A stretch of 47,362 nt of DNA from Gaiellales bacterium (GTDB lineage: Bacteria; Actinomycetota; Thermoleophilia; Gaiellales; JAICJC01). How positions within the stretch are numbered: the stretch's first letter is position 1; every line of letters starts with the position of its first letter. The stretch covers positions 1-47,362 of the forward strand of contig JBQCGJ010000094.1 of the NCBI GenBank assembly GCA_051955775.1, written 5' to 3'. The notes under the pieces are model-generated. The model was not told the origin of the DNA. It did no database searches and saw only the letters and a list, made by a program, of their open reading frames with translations. A program made the position numbers and the translations under genes. This document shows positions 37,022 through 46,381 of the stretch, one piece after another.

Positions 37022-38551
37022 CTAGGCGTCGGCCGTGACCAGGCGGATCGGGGTGATCCCGAGATCCTGGTCGCGGGCCGGCGTCGCGGAGACCACGGCT
37101 GAGGCGTGAGGCGGGCGAGACGGATGGCGCAGGACGTGCCGGCCGAGCACGGCCGCAACCAGGCTGGTGGGCAGGAGGTGAGCCGCCGGCGGAAGCGGGG
37201 CCGATGGCGGCGCCGAGAATTCCGCGGCACGGCTCTTGAACAGCGGGGTCGGCAGCACCGGGGCTCGCAAGTAGCGAGCCGGCACGGCGCGCCGGTTCGG
37301 CTGCCACAGGCGGCCGAAGGCCTGCCACGGCGTGTCGTCCAGGGTCTGCAACTGCACGGTCGTGCCGGTGTGCGGAGCCACCACCACCCGCCCGTTCCCG
37401 GCGTACAGGCCCACGTGGTAGGCGTATCCGCGCGATGTGACGAGGAACACCAGGTCGCCGGCCTCGAGCTGGCTGCGGCGAATCGGCTGGGACATCGCCC
37501 ACAGCACCTGCGCCGTCGGCCGGCCCGGCAGCGCATGCCCGGCCATCGCGAACGCGTAGTCCACCAGGCCGGAGCAGTCGAACCCGCCCTCGGCCTCACT
37601 CTCGCCGCCCCACACGTACGGCCAGCCGATCTGCGACTCGGCGGCGGCGACGATCCGGCCGCGAACTCCCTTCGCGTTCGACCTGGGGTCCGCCACCAGG
37701 CGGCGGTGAAACGGCGGCCGTGTGTCCGGGTGCTTCCGCAGCCAGCGAGCGGCCGCCTTCGGGCCCAGGAACTCCGGAGGCGAGCCGCTGCTTGCCAGCG
37801 AGATCCCGGACCTCCCGCCGGCGGCCCCGTTGCCGCCACCGACGATGTACACCGGGCCGCCGCCCCCGCCGATGTGCAACACCGAGCCGCCACCGCCGTG
37901 GTGCGGGGGCCGAGGAGGCGGTGTGGCCGGGGCGACCTCGGCTGCCGCCGCGGTGGACGTGGCGATCACGATCTCCGAACCCGCCGGCAGGCCGCCCTGG
38001 GCGGTGTTCACATGCAGTACGAGCACGCTCGCGGTTTCACCCGTCAGCCCCGGCTCCGAGGCCGGCTGCGAACTCTCCACGTCCAGCGTGCCCCACGTGC
38101 CCACAGCGATCGCCTGGCCGGCCGCCGGGGTAACCGCCTGGCCGGACACGGTCAGCGACGAGAGCTGCAAGCTGACGACCGGCGACACCTGGGCTGCCTG
38201 GGCCGCCGAAACGGAGGACGCCGCCCCGCTGAACTCGATGGCGCCCGCCATCAGAGAGCCGGACGACGCGGAGGCCGATGCGGAGGCCTGGGTGTCCAGC
38301 ACCGATGCCTGCTGCGCCGCCATGCCCACGCTCACAATCGACCCGTCGGAGGGGTACGAGAAGCCGCCGGTGATGCCGCTGGCCACGGTCGCGCTCCCGG
38401 GCATGATGACCTCGACTCCAAACGCCGTTGCCGAAGGCGGCGACGGCGCGTCGGCCGCACCGGACGGCGCGTTGGCCACCCAGGCCGCAAGCGCAGCGAC
38501 CGGCACGGCAAGCTTGACCGCCAGGCGTGGTCTCATCGAACCCCGGAGCAT
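37022..38551 (-). CDS. NlpC/P60 (C40) peptidoglycan hydrolase with a long Ala/Ser/Gly-rich N-terminal region
   Basis: C40 core (WPYVWGGES...GFDCSGLV...YHVGLY) and a signal peptide. The start is ATG 38551 or ATG 38536. Confidence 0.85.
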   Translation of the reverse strand: MLRGSMRPRLAVKLAVPVAALAAWVANAPSGAADAPSPPSATAFGVEVIMPGSATVASGITGGFSYPSDGSIVSVGMAAQQASVLDTQASASASASSGSLMAGAIEFSGAASSVSAAQAAQVSPVVSLQLSSLTVSGQAVTPAAGQAIAVGTWGTLDVESSQPASEPGLTGETASVLVLHVNTAQGGLPAGSEIVIATSTAAAAEVAPATPPPRPPHHGGGGSVLHIGGGGGPVYIVGGGNGAAGGRSGISLASSGSPPEFLGPKAAARWLRKHPDTRPPFHRRLVADPRSNAKGVRGRIVAAAESQIGWPYVWGGESEAEGGFDCSGLVDYAFAMAGHALPGRPTAQVLWAMSQPIRRSQLEAGDLVFLVTSRGYAYHVGLYAGNGRVVVAPHTGTTVQLQTLDDTPWQAFGRLWQPNRRAVPARYLRAPVLPTPLFKSRAAEFSAPPSAPLPPAAHLLPTSLVAAVLGRHVLRHPSRPPHASAVVSATPARDQDLGITPIRLVTADA

Positions 38552-38639
38552 GATTCGATCATATACTCCCGTAACTTGCTGGGGAATGGGTGTCGAACCC
38601 GTGACCGATATGTGATGGAGCGGTGATCGACAAGCCCGG

Positions 38640-40637
38640 GTGGGCGGTCATCTAGGCTTGCCTGCTGTGTTGGCGACGCTGGCCGTGCTGGTGATCCTCG
38701 CCTGCGGGGCGGCCGCGTCCGTGGCCCTGCTGCCGCCGGGCGAGACAAGCCTGGCGCTTCGCATCGCCTCCGTGTTCGGGCTCGGCTACGCATTCGTGGC
38801 GCTGCTCGCAAGCCTGCTCGTGCTTGCTCACGTGCTGACCGTGTGGGTCACGGCTGTGGTGCTGATCGCCGCGGTCGGCGGCATGATCGCGGTCGCCGTG
38901 CGCCGCGACGGCACGGCGGGCACGATGTCCCTGCTCGCCGCGGAGGTGCGGGAAGCCGGCGCTGCGGGGCTGCTGGGCTTTGCGGCCGTGGCCGCCGTCG
39001 GCCTGGCCAGGCTGGGCGTGCCGCGAGATCCCCTGGCCGGTGGCTGGCGATACTGGAGCGACGGGCTGGAGATCGCTGACGCCGGCCACATCCCATCGCA
39101 GTCGCTGCAGTGGGGCGCCCTGCACCCGCCCGCCATCAGCAAGCTTGCCGCCAACGCGTACAACGCAACGCTCGCGTTCCCGCTCGTCCACCACCCCTAC
39201 GACGCGATGGCCGCGTCGCTGTGGCTGTCGGCCGCCGGCCTGGCGGCGGGGCTGTGGGCACTCGGCTGGGAGATGGGGCTGCGCTGGGCGGCGCCGATGC
39301 TGGCGCTGGCCGGGCTGGTCGGCCAGGGCTGGCCGGGAGGGTTTCGGCTCGATTCGATCATCACGTACAAGCTGCAGTTCTTCGAGGACGAGGACATCGG
39401 CCGCATGTGCGCGGTGGTGGCGGCGGCGCTGGCGATCGCGGCCGTCCGCGGCGACGCCGGGCGCCGGCGGGCACTGTTGGCCGGCGCCGTGCTGGCGGCC
39501 GCCGCCCTGTCGCACCTCGTACCCACGCTGGTGCTGGTGGGGCTGATCGTCGCCTACGCCGTCGCCCACGCCCTGCTCGAGGGGGAATTCGCGGTCGCCG
39601 GCCGCGCGCTCGCGATCACGCTCGGGGTGGCTGCGGTGATCACCTTCGGCACGCTCGGAGCGGCCGGCGGCGACATCGGCCTGGGCGGCGCCAGCGGGGG
39701 CGGGTACAAGCTGTACGAGGGCCGCGACGACCCCACCGCGGCGCTGCTGGGCAAGTTCATCCCCACCCGTCCCAAGAGCTCGCACCGTTTCTACGTGTCT
39801 CCGCGCGAGGTGCTCTCGGCCTTCTTCACCCGCGCCACATTCCTGGGGGCTACCGTCGGCAGCGTGGCCGTCGTCGTCGCCATCGCCGTGGCCCTGGCCC
39901 TGGCCGCTATCCGGCTGGGCGGCCCGCCCGGCCGGGTGGCCACGCTGACGGCGGCGCTGCTCGCGCTGGAGCTGGTCGGGGCGGCGCTGGTGTTCTCGTT
40001 TCGGTACGCCTATTACATCCAGGGCACGTTCGGCACCAGGCGGCTGTTCGACTATGCCTCGCTCCCGCTGCTGCTGGTCGGCGCCGCCGCGCTGGACGCC
40101 GTGCTGCTGCGGATCGGCCGGGCCGACAACCGGCTGACAATGGGCAGCGCGGGGGCGGTGCTGGCGGCCGCCCTCCTGTACACGGGCGTCCACGGCCTGC
40201 GGTCCGGCTTCGGCAGCGCGAACGTGAGCGACGATCTGATCGCCGCGGCCGTGAAGCACACGCCGTGCAACACCCGGCTTCTGACGCCGTTCACGACCCG
40301 CGGCTCGTTCCAGGCGCTGACCGGCCGGGCAAGCGTGCGGGAGGGCCTGATGGTGTTCCTGCGCCCGGACATCCTCACCCAGGCACTTGCCGTCCAGCGC
40401 GCGAGCGCCCGGTTCTATGCCCACCCGGCCGCGAATGCGGGCCTGCTTCGCTCGCTGGCCATCGACGACGTGCTGGCGTATCGCAGCTCGCAGGCCGCGC
40501 TCGACCGGGTGCAGCAGCTCCGGCGGGTTGGAGCCATCGGCGACGTGCTCGTGTACCGCGTGGTGGGAATCCCGGACGCATCCGCACCCCGGCCGCACGA
40601 CGCTCCGGGATACCACTGCGTGGTGTCGCCGCTGTGA
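38640..40637 (+). CDS. large polytopic membrane protein (GT-C-like glycosyltransferase fold suspected)
   Basis: More than 12 hydrophobic helices plus a C-terminal soluble part. An in-frame alternative GTG at 38667 follows a TAGGCT box. Confidence 0.6.
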   Translation: MGGHLGLPAVLATLAVLVILACGAAASVALLPPGETSLALRIASVFGLGYAFVALLASLLVLAHVLTVWVTAVVLIAAVGGMIAVAVRRDGTAGTMSLLAAEVREAGAAGLLGFAAVAAVGLARLGVPRDPLAGGWRYWSDGLEIADAGHIPSQSLQWGALHPPAISKLAANAYNATLAFPLVHHPYDAMAASLWLSAAGLAAGLWALGWEMGLRWAAPMLALAGLVGQGWPGGFRLDSIITYKLQFFEDEDIGRMCAVVAAALAIAAVRGDAGRRRALLAGAVLAAAALSHLVPTLVLVGLIVAYAVAHALLEGEFAVAGRALAITLGVAAVITFGTLGAAGGDIGLGGASGGGYKLYEGRDDPTAALLGKFIPTRPKSSHRFYVSPREVLSAFFTRATFLGATVGSVAVVVAIAVALALAAIRLGGPPGRVATLTAALLALELVGAALVFSFRYAYYIQGTFGTRRLFDYASLPLLLVGAAALDAVLLRIGRADNRLTMGSAGAVLAAALLYTGVHGLRSGFGSANVSDDLIAAAVKHTPCNTRLLTPFTTRGSFQALTGRASVREGLMVFLRPDILTQALAVQRASARFYAHPAANAGLLRSLAIDDVLAYRSSQAALDRVQQLRRVGAIGDVLVYRVVGIPDASAPRPHDAPGYHCVVSPL

Positions 40638-42652
40638 GGCGCAGGTACACCCGAGCGGCGGTACTGGGCGGCGCCACCGTGGTCGGCGCCGGCGTGATCG
40701 GCGTGCGGCTCGCGTCGGGCGGACGCCGGCTGCCTCCCCCGCCGGGAAACGCTCCGTCCGCACACATGGCCGAGAGCGCGTTCGAGCGGATGCCGGCCGG
40801 CCCGGGATGGGGATACCTGTGGGTACCCGTGCACTACTCCCGCCCGCTCGCGGTGGGCGGGCAGGGCGCCGTCTACCCGGTCCCGGCCGGACTCCACCAG
40901 ACCGCGGCCGATCAGCAGATGCCGGTGATGCGCCGCGATTTCGGGCATGCCGACGGCGAGCAGGTGCTGGACTTCACCATCGACGACCCGACGCTGCGAC
41001 CGGGTGTCCTGCTGCGGTCGTCCACCCCGTACCGGTACGCCTCCGCCACGATCGAAGCCGGGCAGCTGGTGCTGGCCGACAACGAGTTCGACGGGCGCGT
41101 CGAGCGGGCGCGCGCGGGCACCGCAGCGGTCACGGCGGGCCTTGCTCATCGGCTTCAGGTGCGCTACCTCGGCGGGCGGATCTGGGCGCGGGCCTGGCCG
41201 CTGCACGACTCGGCCCCGGGATGGCAGGTGGAGGCATCCATCTCGACCCGGGAGACAGGCGATCCGGGGATCCTGTGCGTGCATCCGACGAGCCTGCGCC
41301 CCAGCTCGCTGCTCGTCCATCGCCACCAGGCGGCCACCGACGAGACGCCCTCCCCCACGCCGCCGGCATGCCCGGTGCTGATGGCGGGGATCCCCGAGTC
41401 CACACCCGGGGGCCACCGCATCCGGCTACGGGCATGGTCCGCCTCGCCGGCGACCGTCCGTTTCGAATGGAGCGAGCACGGCCCGCAGGGCCCGTTCCAG
41501 CATGGACAGGAGCTGTCGGCCGATGCCGCGCCGTACACCGCGCTGACGGCCGTCGAGACCGCCGCGCCCGTCCTGGACTGGCGGGTACGGGTGACGTCGA
41601 AGACGAGCGGTGCGGTGTGGGTGTCGCCGCCTCAGCGGGTGACGCTGCCGGATCCCGCCGGGCCGCTCACCCTGCTCAGCGCCTGCTGCTACAAGCTGAT
41701 CGGGGCCACTCGCAACGAGGGCTACCAGCGGCTCGAGGCCGCCGCGGCGCACACGCCGGCCAGCCTGGTGTTCGAGGGCGACCTCGGCTACCCCGGCAAC
41801 TGGCGCGACGCGGTCTATCACCGCAGCGCCGACTACTTCGCCGACCGCTTCCAGCGCGCGCTGGTCGACCCCGGGTTCGCCCGTGCGCGGCGGGTGGCGC
41901 CGGTCGGCTTCATCATGGACGACCACGACTACGGGCCGGACAACAACGCCAACCGCACGAACGTGGAGCCCTGGGCGATCGCGGTCAAGGACTCGATCAC
42001 GGCCGACCCCACCACCGACGGGTACTTCGACTTCCGGTTCGGCGACGTGCACTGCCTGACCCTGGACGGCCGCCGCTACGCCGATCCCGTGACGGCACCC
42101 AACAGCCCCTCCAAGACCAAGCTGGGGATGGGCCAGCGAAGCTGGATGGAGCACATCCTGCGCACCTCGGACGCGCGCCTGTTCGTGCTGTTCAGCGCCG
42201 ACATGTTCGGCACCCGCTGGAACGACGGTACCGGCAAGCGCACGCTGGACTGCTTCATCTACGGCTGGCCGGACGAGTACCGGTGGGCGATGACGCTGTT
42301 CATGGACACCCAGCTGCGCGGGCGCCGGGTGCTGATCCTCAGCGGCGACTGCCACTCGCTTCGCATCAACCAGCTGCCCGACCCCGAGGGCCGGCAGGCC
42401 GCAGCCGGGATGCGGGTCACCGAGTTCGTGTGCGCGGGCATCCGGGCGGAGCTGTGGGAGGCGGCCGCGCCGGACGACCACACCGTCGACCGCAGCCGGT
42501 ACGTGCTCGGCCAGTCGGGCTCCGGCCTGGTCGAGATCGACGCCCCGGGTGCCACTCAGCGATCGATCACCCTGCGTGCGATCACGTCATCCGGGCCGCA
42601 CCTCGATGCGTGGCGGCCGCTGGTGCTGCCGTTCTCGCCGCAGGCGGGCTAA
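40634..42652 (+). CDS. PhoD-like metallophosphatase with a Tat-type signal and a long N-terminal extension
   Basis: RRRYTRAAVLGG twin-arginine N-terminus. The C-terminal half has MDDHDYGPDN and LSGDCHS metallophosphoesterase motifs. GTGA overlap with the upstream gene. Confidence 0.75.
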   Translation: MRRRYTRAAVLGGATVVGAGVIGVRLASGGRRLPPPPGNAPSAHMAESAFERMPAGPGWGYLWVPVHYSRPLAVGGQGAVYPVPAGLHQTAADQQMPVMRRDFGHADGEQVLDFTIDDPTLRPGVLLRSSTPYRYASATIEAGQLVLADNEFDGRVERARAGTAAVTAGLAHRLQVRYLGGRIWARAWPLHDSAPGWQVEASISTRETGDPGILCVHPTSLRPSSLLVHRHQAATDETPSPTPPACPVLMAGIPESTPGGHRIRLRAWSASPATVRFEWSEHGPQGPFQHGQELSADAAPYTALTAVETAAPVLDWRVRVTSKTSGAVWVSPPQRVTLPDPAGPLTLLSACCYKLIGATRNEGYQRLEAAAAHTPASLVFEGDLGYPGNWRDAVYHRSADYFADRFQRALVDPGFARARRVAPVGFIMDDHDYGPDNNANRTNVEPWAIAVKDSITADPTTDGYFDFRFGDVHCLTLDGRRYADPVTAPNSPSKTKLGMGQRSWMEHILRTSDARLFVLFSADMFGTRWNDGTGKRTLDCFIYGWPDEYRWAMTLFMDTQLRGRRVLILSGDCHSLRINQLPDPEGRQAAAGMRVTEFVCAGIRAELWEAAAPDDHTVDRSRYVLGQSGSGLVEIDAPGATQRSITLRAITSSGPHLDAWRPLVLPFSPQAG

Positions 42653-42924
42653 CGCACCCGCGACGCGACCGGCCCACGGCTGGGAGCTCGCGGCCCCCGC
42701 GGCATGCGCACCGGATGCGGGCCGGGGTTCCGGGGCCGCCGGTCCCATGACCACGGCGGCTCCAGCGGCATGGGCAGCCTGTCGGAGCCGTGGTCGTCCC
42801 CGTCGTCGGCGGATCCCCCCCACGAAGCGCCGTGCAGCCGGTGGCGAAACCTCCAGTACACGATCCCTGCCACCAGGACCCCCGAGAGGTGAAACGCCAG
42901 CCCAAACAGATCCAGCAGCGTCAC
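42649..42924 (-). CDS. small hypothetical membrane protein
   Basis: 91-aa ORF with one N-terminal TM helix and high GC3. No recognisable family. Confidence 0.4.
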   Translation of the reverse strand: MTLLDLFGLAFHLSGVLVAGIVYWRFRHRLHGASWGGSADDGDDHGSDRLPMPLEPPWSWDRRPRNPGPHPVRMPRGPRAPSRGPVASRVR

Positions 42925-43010
42925 CCGCCCACCCTAGCACCACCTGCTAACCCGAAGGTTCGACATTCAGGAATTGCCACCGGGGGCGCCGGGTGGAGGA
43001 TGATGCGGGC

Positions 43011-44657
43011 ATGAGGCGCGTTCTGCATCCCCTCCGCAGCGTGCTGGCCAACCCCGCACTGGTCAGGCTCCAGTTGTCGTGGGCCGGGTCGATGCTCGGC
43101 AGTTGCGCCTATGTCATCGCGCTGTTTGTGGTGGCGTTTCACTCCGGAGGCGCCACCGCCGTCGGACTGATCCTGGTCGTCAAGACCGCGACAGCTGCGA
43201 TCGCCTCGCCCATCATGGGCGGACTGGCCGACCGGCATTCGCGGCGATCCCTGATGGCCCTGAGCGACAGCGTGCGGGCGGCGCTCACCGTGGTCATGGC
43301 GCTGCTGGTCCACACCGGCGCACCGATCGTGACGGTGTACCTGATGGTGGTCGCAGTCAGCGTGGTGGGCGCTGTGTTCCGGCCGGCGCAGGGTGCCCTG
43401 GTACCCGCCCTGGCCACCTCACCGGAGGAGCTGACTGCGTCCAACGCGCTCTCCGGCACGATCGAAAGTGTGGGGATCTTCGCCGGCCCCGGCATCGGCG
43501 GGCTTGTCATGGCGGTCGCAGGAACTGACGCCGTGTTCATCCTGTGCGGCATCGCGTACGGTTTCTCGGCCGTGTTTGCGCTGTCGATCGACGAACCTGC
43601 ACGGGTGCAGGCGGATCACGTGCCTGATGACCGCGAGGGCAAGGCCGGGGTCAGCGGGCTGAGCCTGTTCACGTCCGCGCCCACGCTGGTCGCGGTTACG
43701 CTGACGTACGCCGCTCAGGCCCTGGCGGCGGGAGCTCTGGGCGTGTTCATGGTCGCCCTCGCGATCGACGAGCTCGGGCTCGGGTCACCCGGCGTGGGGT
43801 ACCTCGACGCCGTCTTCGGCGTCGGCGGCGTGGTCGGGGGTGCGATCATCACGGCCATGTCCGGGACGAGACGGCTGGCGGCGGCGTTCGGGATCGGAGT
43901 GGCGGGATGGGGCATCGGCGTCGCTCTGTGCGGCGTCACCACGAGCACGGTCGTCGTGTTCGCGCTGATGGCCGGAGTCGGGGCGGTGAACACCGTGGTC
44001 GACGTGGCGGCCGTCACGCTCATCCAGCGGTCCGCCCCGGACGCGGTGCTGGGCCAGGTGTTCGGCATCCTCGAGAGCCTGATGCTCGCGTCCCTGGGCG
44101 CCGGGGCGTTGCTGGCCCCACTGGCCATCCGCGGGATGGGATTGCGCGGGTCGCTCGTCGTCACCGGGCTGGTGCTGCCCGTCGTGGTCGGGCTCGCCCA
44201 GCGCCAGCTCGTCAAGCTCGACAGGCTCGATCCCGATCTGGCACACAGGGTCGAGCTGCTGCGCGGCAACCGCGTGTTCGCCCCGCTTGCCGAGGCCACA
44301 TTGGAGCAGCTGTCGCGCCAGCTGGAGGCGGTGCAGGCCGCGGCCGGGTGTGAGGTGATCCACCAGGGCGACCACGGCGACCGCGTGTACCTCGTCGAGA
44401 CCGGCCGGCTGGAGGTCGACGTGGACGGCCAGGCCGGTGCTGATCTGGAGGCGGGCGATGTGTTCGGCGAGATCGCGCTGCTCGAGGACGTCCCCCGCAC
44501 CGCGACGGTGCGGGCCGTCACCGAGTGCAGGCTGTTCACTCTCGGCCGCGACGAGTTCCTCGCCGCCGTCACCGGCCACCCGCGGAGCGCGGCAGAGGCC
44601 GCGGTGGTGGTGTCGTCGCGCCTGGGCGCCCTGCGCCCCGGGGTGGTGACCACGTGA
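43011..44657 (+). CDS. MFS transporter fused to a C-terminal cyclic-nucleotide-binding (CAP/cNMP) domain
   Basis: About 12 TM helices with an MFS-type loop (GGLADRHSRR). The C-terminus has GDVFGEIALL...RTATVRA. Confidence 0.85.
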   Translation: MRRVLHPLRSVLANPALVRLQLSWAGSMLGSCAYVIALFVVAFHSGGATAVGLILVVKTATAAIASPIMGGLADRHSRRSLMALSDSVRAALTVVMALLVHTGAPIVTVYLMVVAVSVVGAVFRPAQGALVPALATSPEELTASNALSGTIESVGIFAGPGIGGLVMAVAGTDAVFILCGIAYGFSAVFALSIDEPARVQADHVPDDREGKAGVSGLSLFTSAPTLVAVTLTYAAQALAAGALGVFMVALAIDELGLGSPGVGYLDAVFGVGGVVGGAIITAMSGTRRLAAAFGIGVAGWGIGVALCGVTTSTVVVFALMAGVGAVNTVVDVAAVTLIQRSAPDAVLGQVFGILESLMLASLGAGALLAPLAIRGMGLRGSLVVTGLVLPVVVGLAQRQLVKLDRLDPDLAHRVELLRGNRVFAPLAEATLEQLSRQLEAVQAAAGCEVIHQGDHGDRVYLVETGRLEVDVDGQAGADLEAGDVFGEIALLEDVPRTATVRAVTECRLFTLGRDEFLAAVTGHPRSAAEAAVVVSSRLGALRPGVVTT

Positions 44658-45193
44658 GCGGGCTCGTGGCACGCTGCCGGATGGGCGACCAGGACGCCTG
44701 GCGGGAGCTGGTGGAGCACCACTCCCGGTACGTGTACGCCATCCTCATGCGCGGGTTCCGCCTGCCCGCGGGCGAGGCCGAGGACATCTTCCAGGACGTG
44801 TTCGCGCGCGTGTTCGAACGGCTCGACACGCTGCGCGACGACGACGCCCTGGTGGCGTGGATCGGGCGCCTGACCCGATCGCTGTGCGTGGACCACCTCC
44901 GCCGCCAGCGCGAGACGCAGGAGCTGACCGACGAGGGCGCCGGGCAGGACGACCACGAGCTGGAGCAGATCGAGCTGGCGGTCGTCGTCCGTGAGGCACT
45001 GACACGGCTGCCCGAGGCGTGCGGCGAGATCATCGAGCGGTTCTTCTTCCAGGAACAGCCGTACGCGCAGATCAGCGCGGAGCTGGACATCCCGCCGGGC
45101 ACGGTGGCCAGTCGCATCAGCCGCTGCCTCGATCGGTTGCGGACGACGATTGATGGAAGCGAACTGGGATCGCAACCGTCTAGGAGAACATGA
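44654..45193 (+). CDS. ECF-type sigma-70 family RNA polymerase sigma factor
   Basis: Region 2 (EDIFQDVFARVF, WIGRLTRSLCVDHLRR) and region 4 (QPYAQISAELDIPPGTVASRISR). GTGA overlap with the MFS stop. Confidence 0.88.
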   Translation: MSGLVARCRMGDQDAWRELVEHHSRYVYAILMRGFRLPAGEAEDIFQDVFARVFERLDTLRDDDALVAWIGRLTRSLCVDHLRRQRETQELTDEGAGQDDHELEQIELAVVVREALTRLPEACGEIIERFFFQEQPYAQISAELDIPPGTVASRISRCLDRLRTTIDGSELGSQPSRRT

Positions 45194-45447
45194 ACATCAA
45201 CGAGCACGAGCTTGAACGACTGCTGCGGATGCTTCCGCCTGCGCCCACCGCCTGGGTGCGGACGGCGCAGGAGTTGCCATTCGTGAAGGACGAGGTCGCA
45301 GAGATCCTGGAGCGGGCGGCCGCCAACCCGGCCTTCCGTGAGGAGCTGCGACGCGATGCCGACGGCGCCCTCCGCCGTGAGGGCCACATGCTGACGCCGG
45401 ACGTGGTCGCACACATCCTGCGCAAGCTGCCCGGCGCTCGGAGCTGA
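45190..45447 (+). CDS. 85-aa hypothetical soluble protein in the anti-sigma position
   Basis: ATGA overlap with the sigma gene. High GC3, no TM and no Cys. Contains the segment NPAFREELRRDADGALRREG. Confidence 0.6.
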   Translation: MNINEHELERLLRMLPPAPTAWVRTAQELPFVKDEVAEILERAAANPAFREELRRDADGALRREGHMLTPDVVAHILRKLPGARS

Positions 45448-45456
45448 GGCCCCGTC

Positions 45457-45484
45457 AGGAGGTTCGCCCGCCGGGCGGCCTCCT
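45457..45484 (+). terminator. strong GC hairpin after the 85-aa gene (terminator/attenuator candidate)
   Basis: AGGAGG..CGCCC-GCC-GGGCG..CCTCCT. There is no U-tract. Confidence 0.4.
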
Positions 45485-45510
45485 CCACCGACCGCCGGCC
45501 CCAGTCTGGG

Positions 45511-45516
45511 TAGGAT
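45511..45516 (+). promoter_or_regulatory. -10-like TAGGAT box 7 nt upstream of the S8 peptidase ATG (leaderless configuration)
   Basis: TANNNT hexamer with no SD before the ATG at 45524. Confidence 0.4.
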
Positions 45517-45523
45517 CGCCCCC

Positions 45524-46381
45524 ATGACGACGGAACGGGGGGTGTCGGTGGTCCTGCACGCGGGCGACGAAGCGAGCCGGCCGGCGCACGGAGTCGGCGG
45601 CGAGGCCGCCCGCGACCTGCCGGGAGCGAGGGTGTGGCCGGCCAGGGTCGACCGCGAGTGGGCGCTTGGCGGGTCGACCGGCGCCGGCGTCACCGTGTGC
45701 ATCGTGGACAGCGGCGTCGACGCCGGCCACCCGCGCGTCGGAGACCTGAAGCAGGCCATGGCCGTCAGCATCGAGGACGGGCAGGCGGTGATCGAGCCGG
45801 ACGAGCTGGGCGACGTGTGCGGCCACGGCACCGCATGCGCCGGCATCGTCAGGTCCCTCGCGCCCGAGTGTGAGATCGTCAGCATGCGCGTGCTGGGAGA
45901 GGGGTTCATCGGCAGCGGGCCGGCGCTGATCGAGGGCCTGCGCTGGGCGGTCATGCAGGGGTTCGACGTCATCAACATGAGCCTGTCCACCACCAAGGAG
46001 CGATTCATCGGCGACCTGCACTCGCTGGCCGACGCGGCGTACTTCCGGCGCAGCCTGATCGTGGCCTCCGCCCACAACATGCCGGTTCGCAGCTACCCGT
46101 GGCGATTCGCGTCGGTGGTGTCGGTGGCCAGCCACGACCTCGGCGATCCGATGGTCTACCTGCGCAACCCGGACCCGCCGGTCGAGTTCTACGCCCACGG
46201 GATCGACGTCGACGTCGCGTGGAGCGGCGGGTCGACGCTGACGGCGAGCGGCAACAGCTTCGCGACGCCTCACATCTCGGGAATCTGCGCGCTGATGCGC
46301 TCCAAGCACCCGCAGCTGACGCCGCCCGAGGTGAAGACGCTGCTCGGCCTGACGGCGGCCAATGCGGAGGCTGCGAGATGA
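45524..46381 (+). CDS. S8 (subtilisin-like) serine peptidase, no signal peptide
   Basis: Catalytic triad contexts VDSGVD, HGTACAG and GNSFATPHISG. The N-terminus is hydrophilic. Confidence 0.88.
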   Translation: MTTERGVSVVLHAGDEASRPAHGVGGEAARDLPGARVWPARVDREWALGGSTGAGVTVCIVDSGVDAGHPRVGDLKQAMAVSIEDGQAVIEPDELGDVCGHGTACAGIVRSLAPECEIVSMRVLGEGFIGSGPALIEGLRWAVMQGFDVINMSLSTTKERFIGDLHSLADAAYFRRSLIVASAHNMPVRSYPWRFASVVSVASHDLGDPMVYLRNPDPPVEFYAHGIDVDVAWSGGSTLTASGNSFATPHISGICALMRSKHPQLTPPEVKTLLGLTAANAEAAR

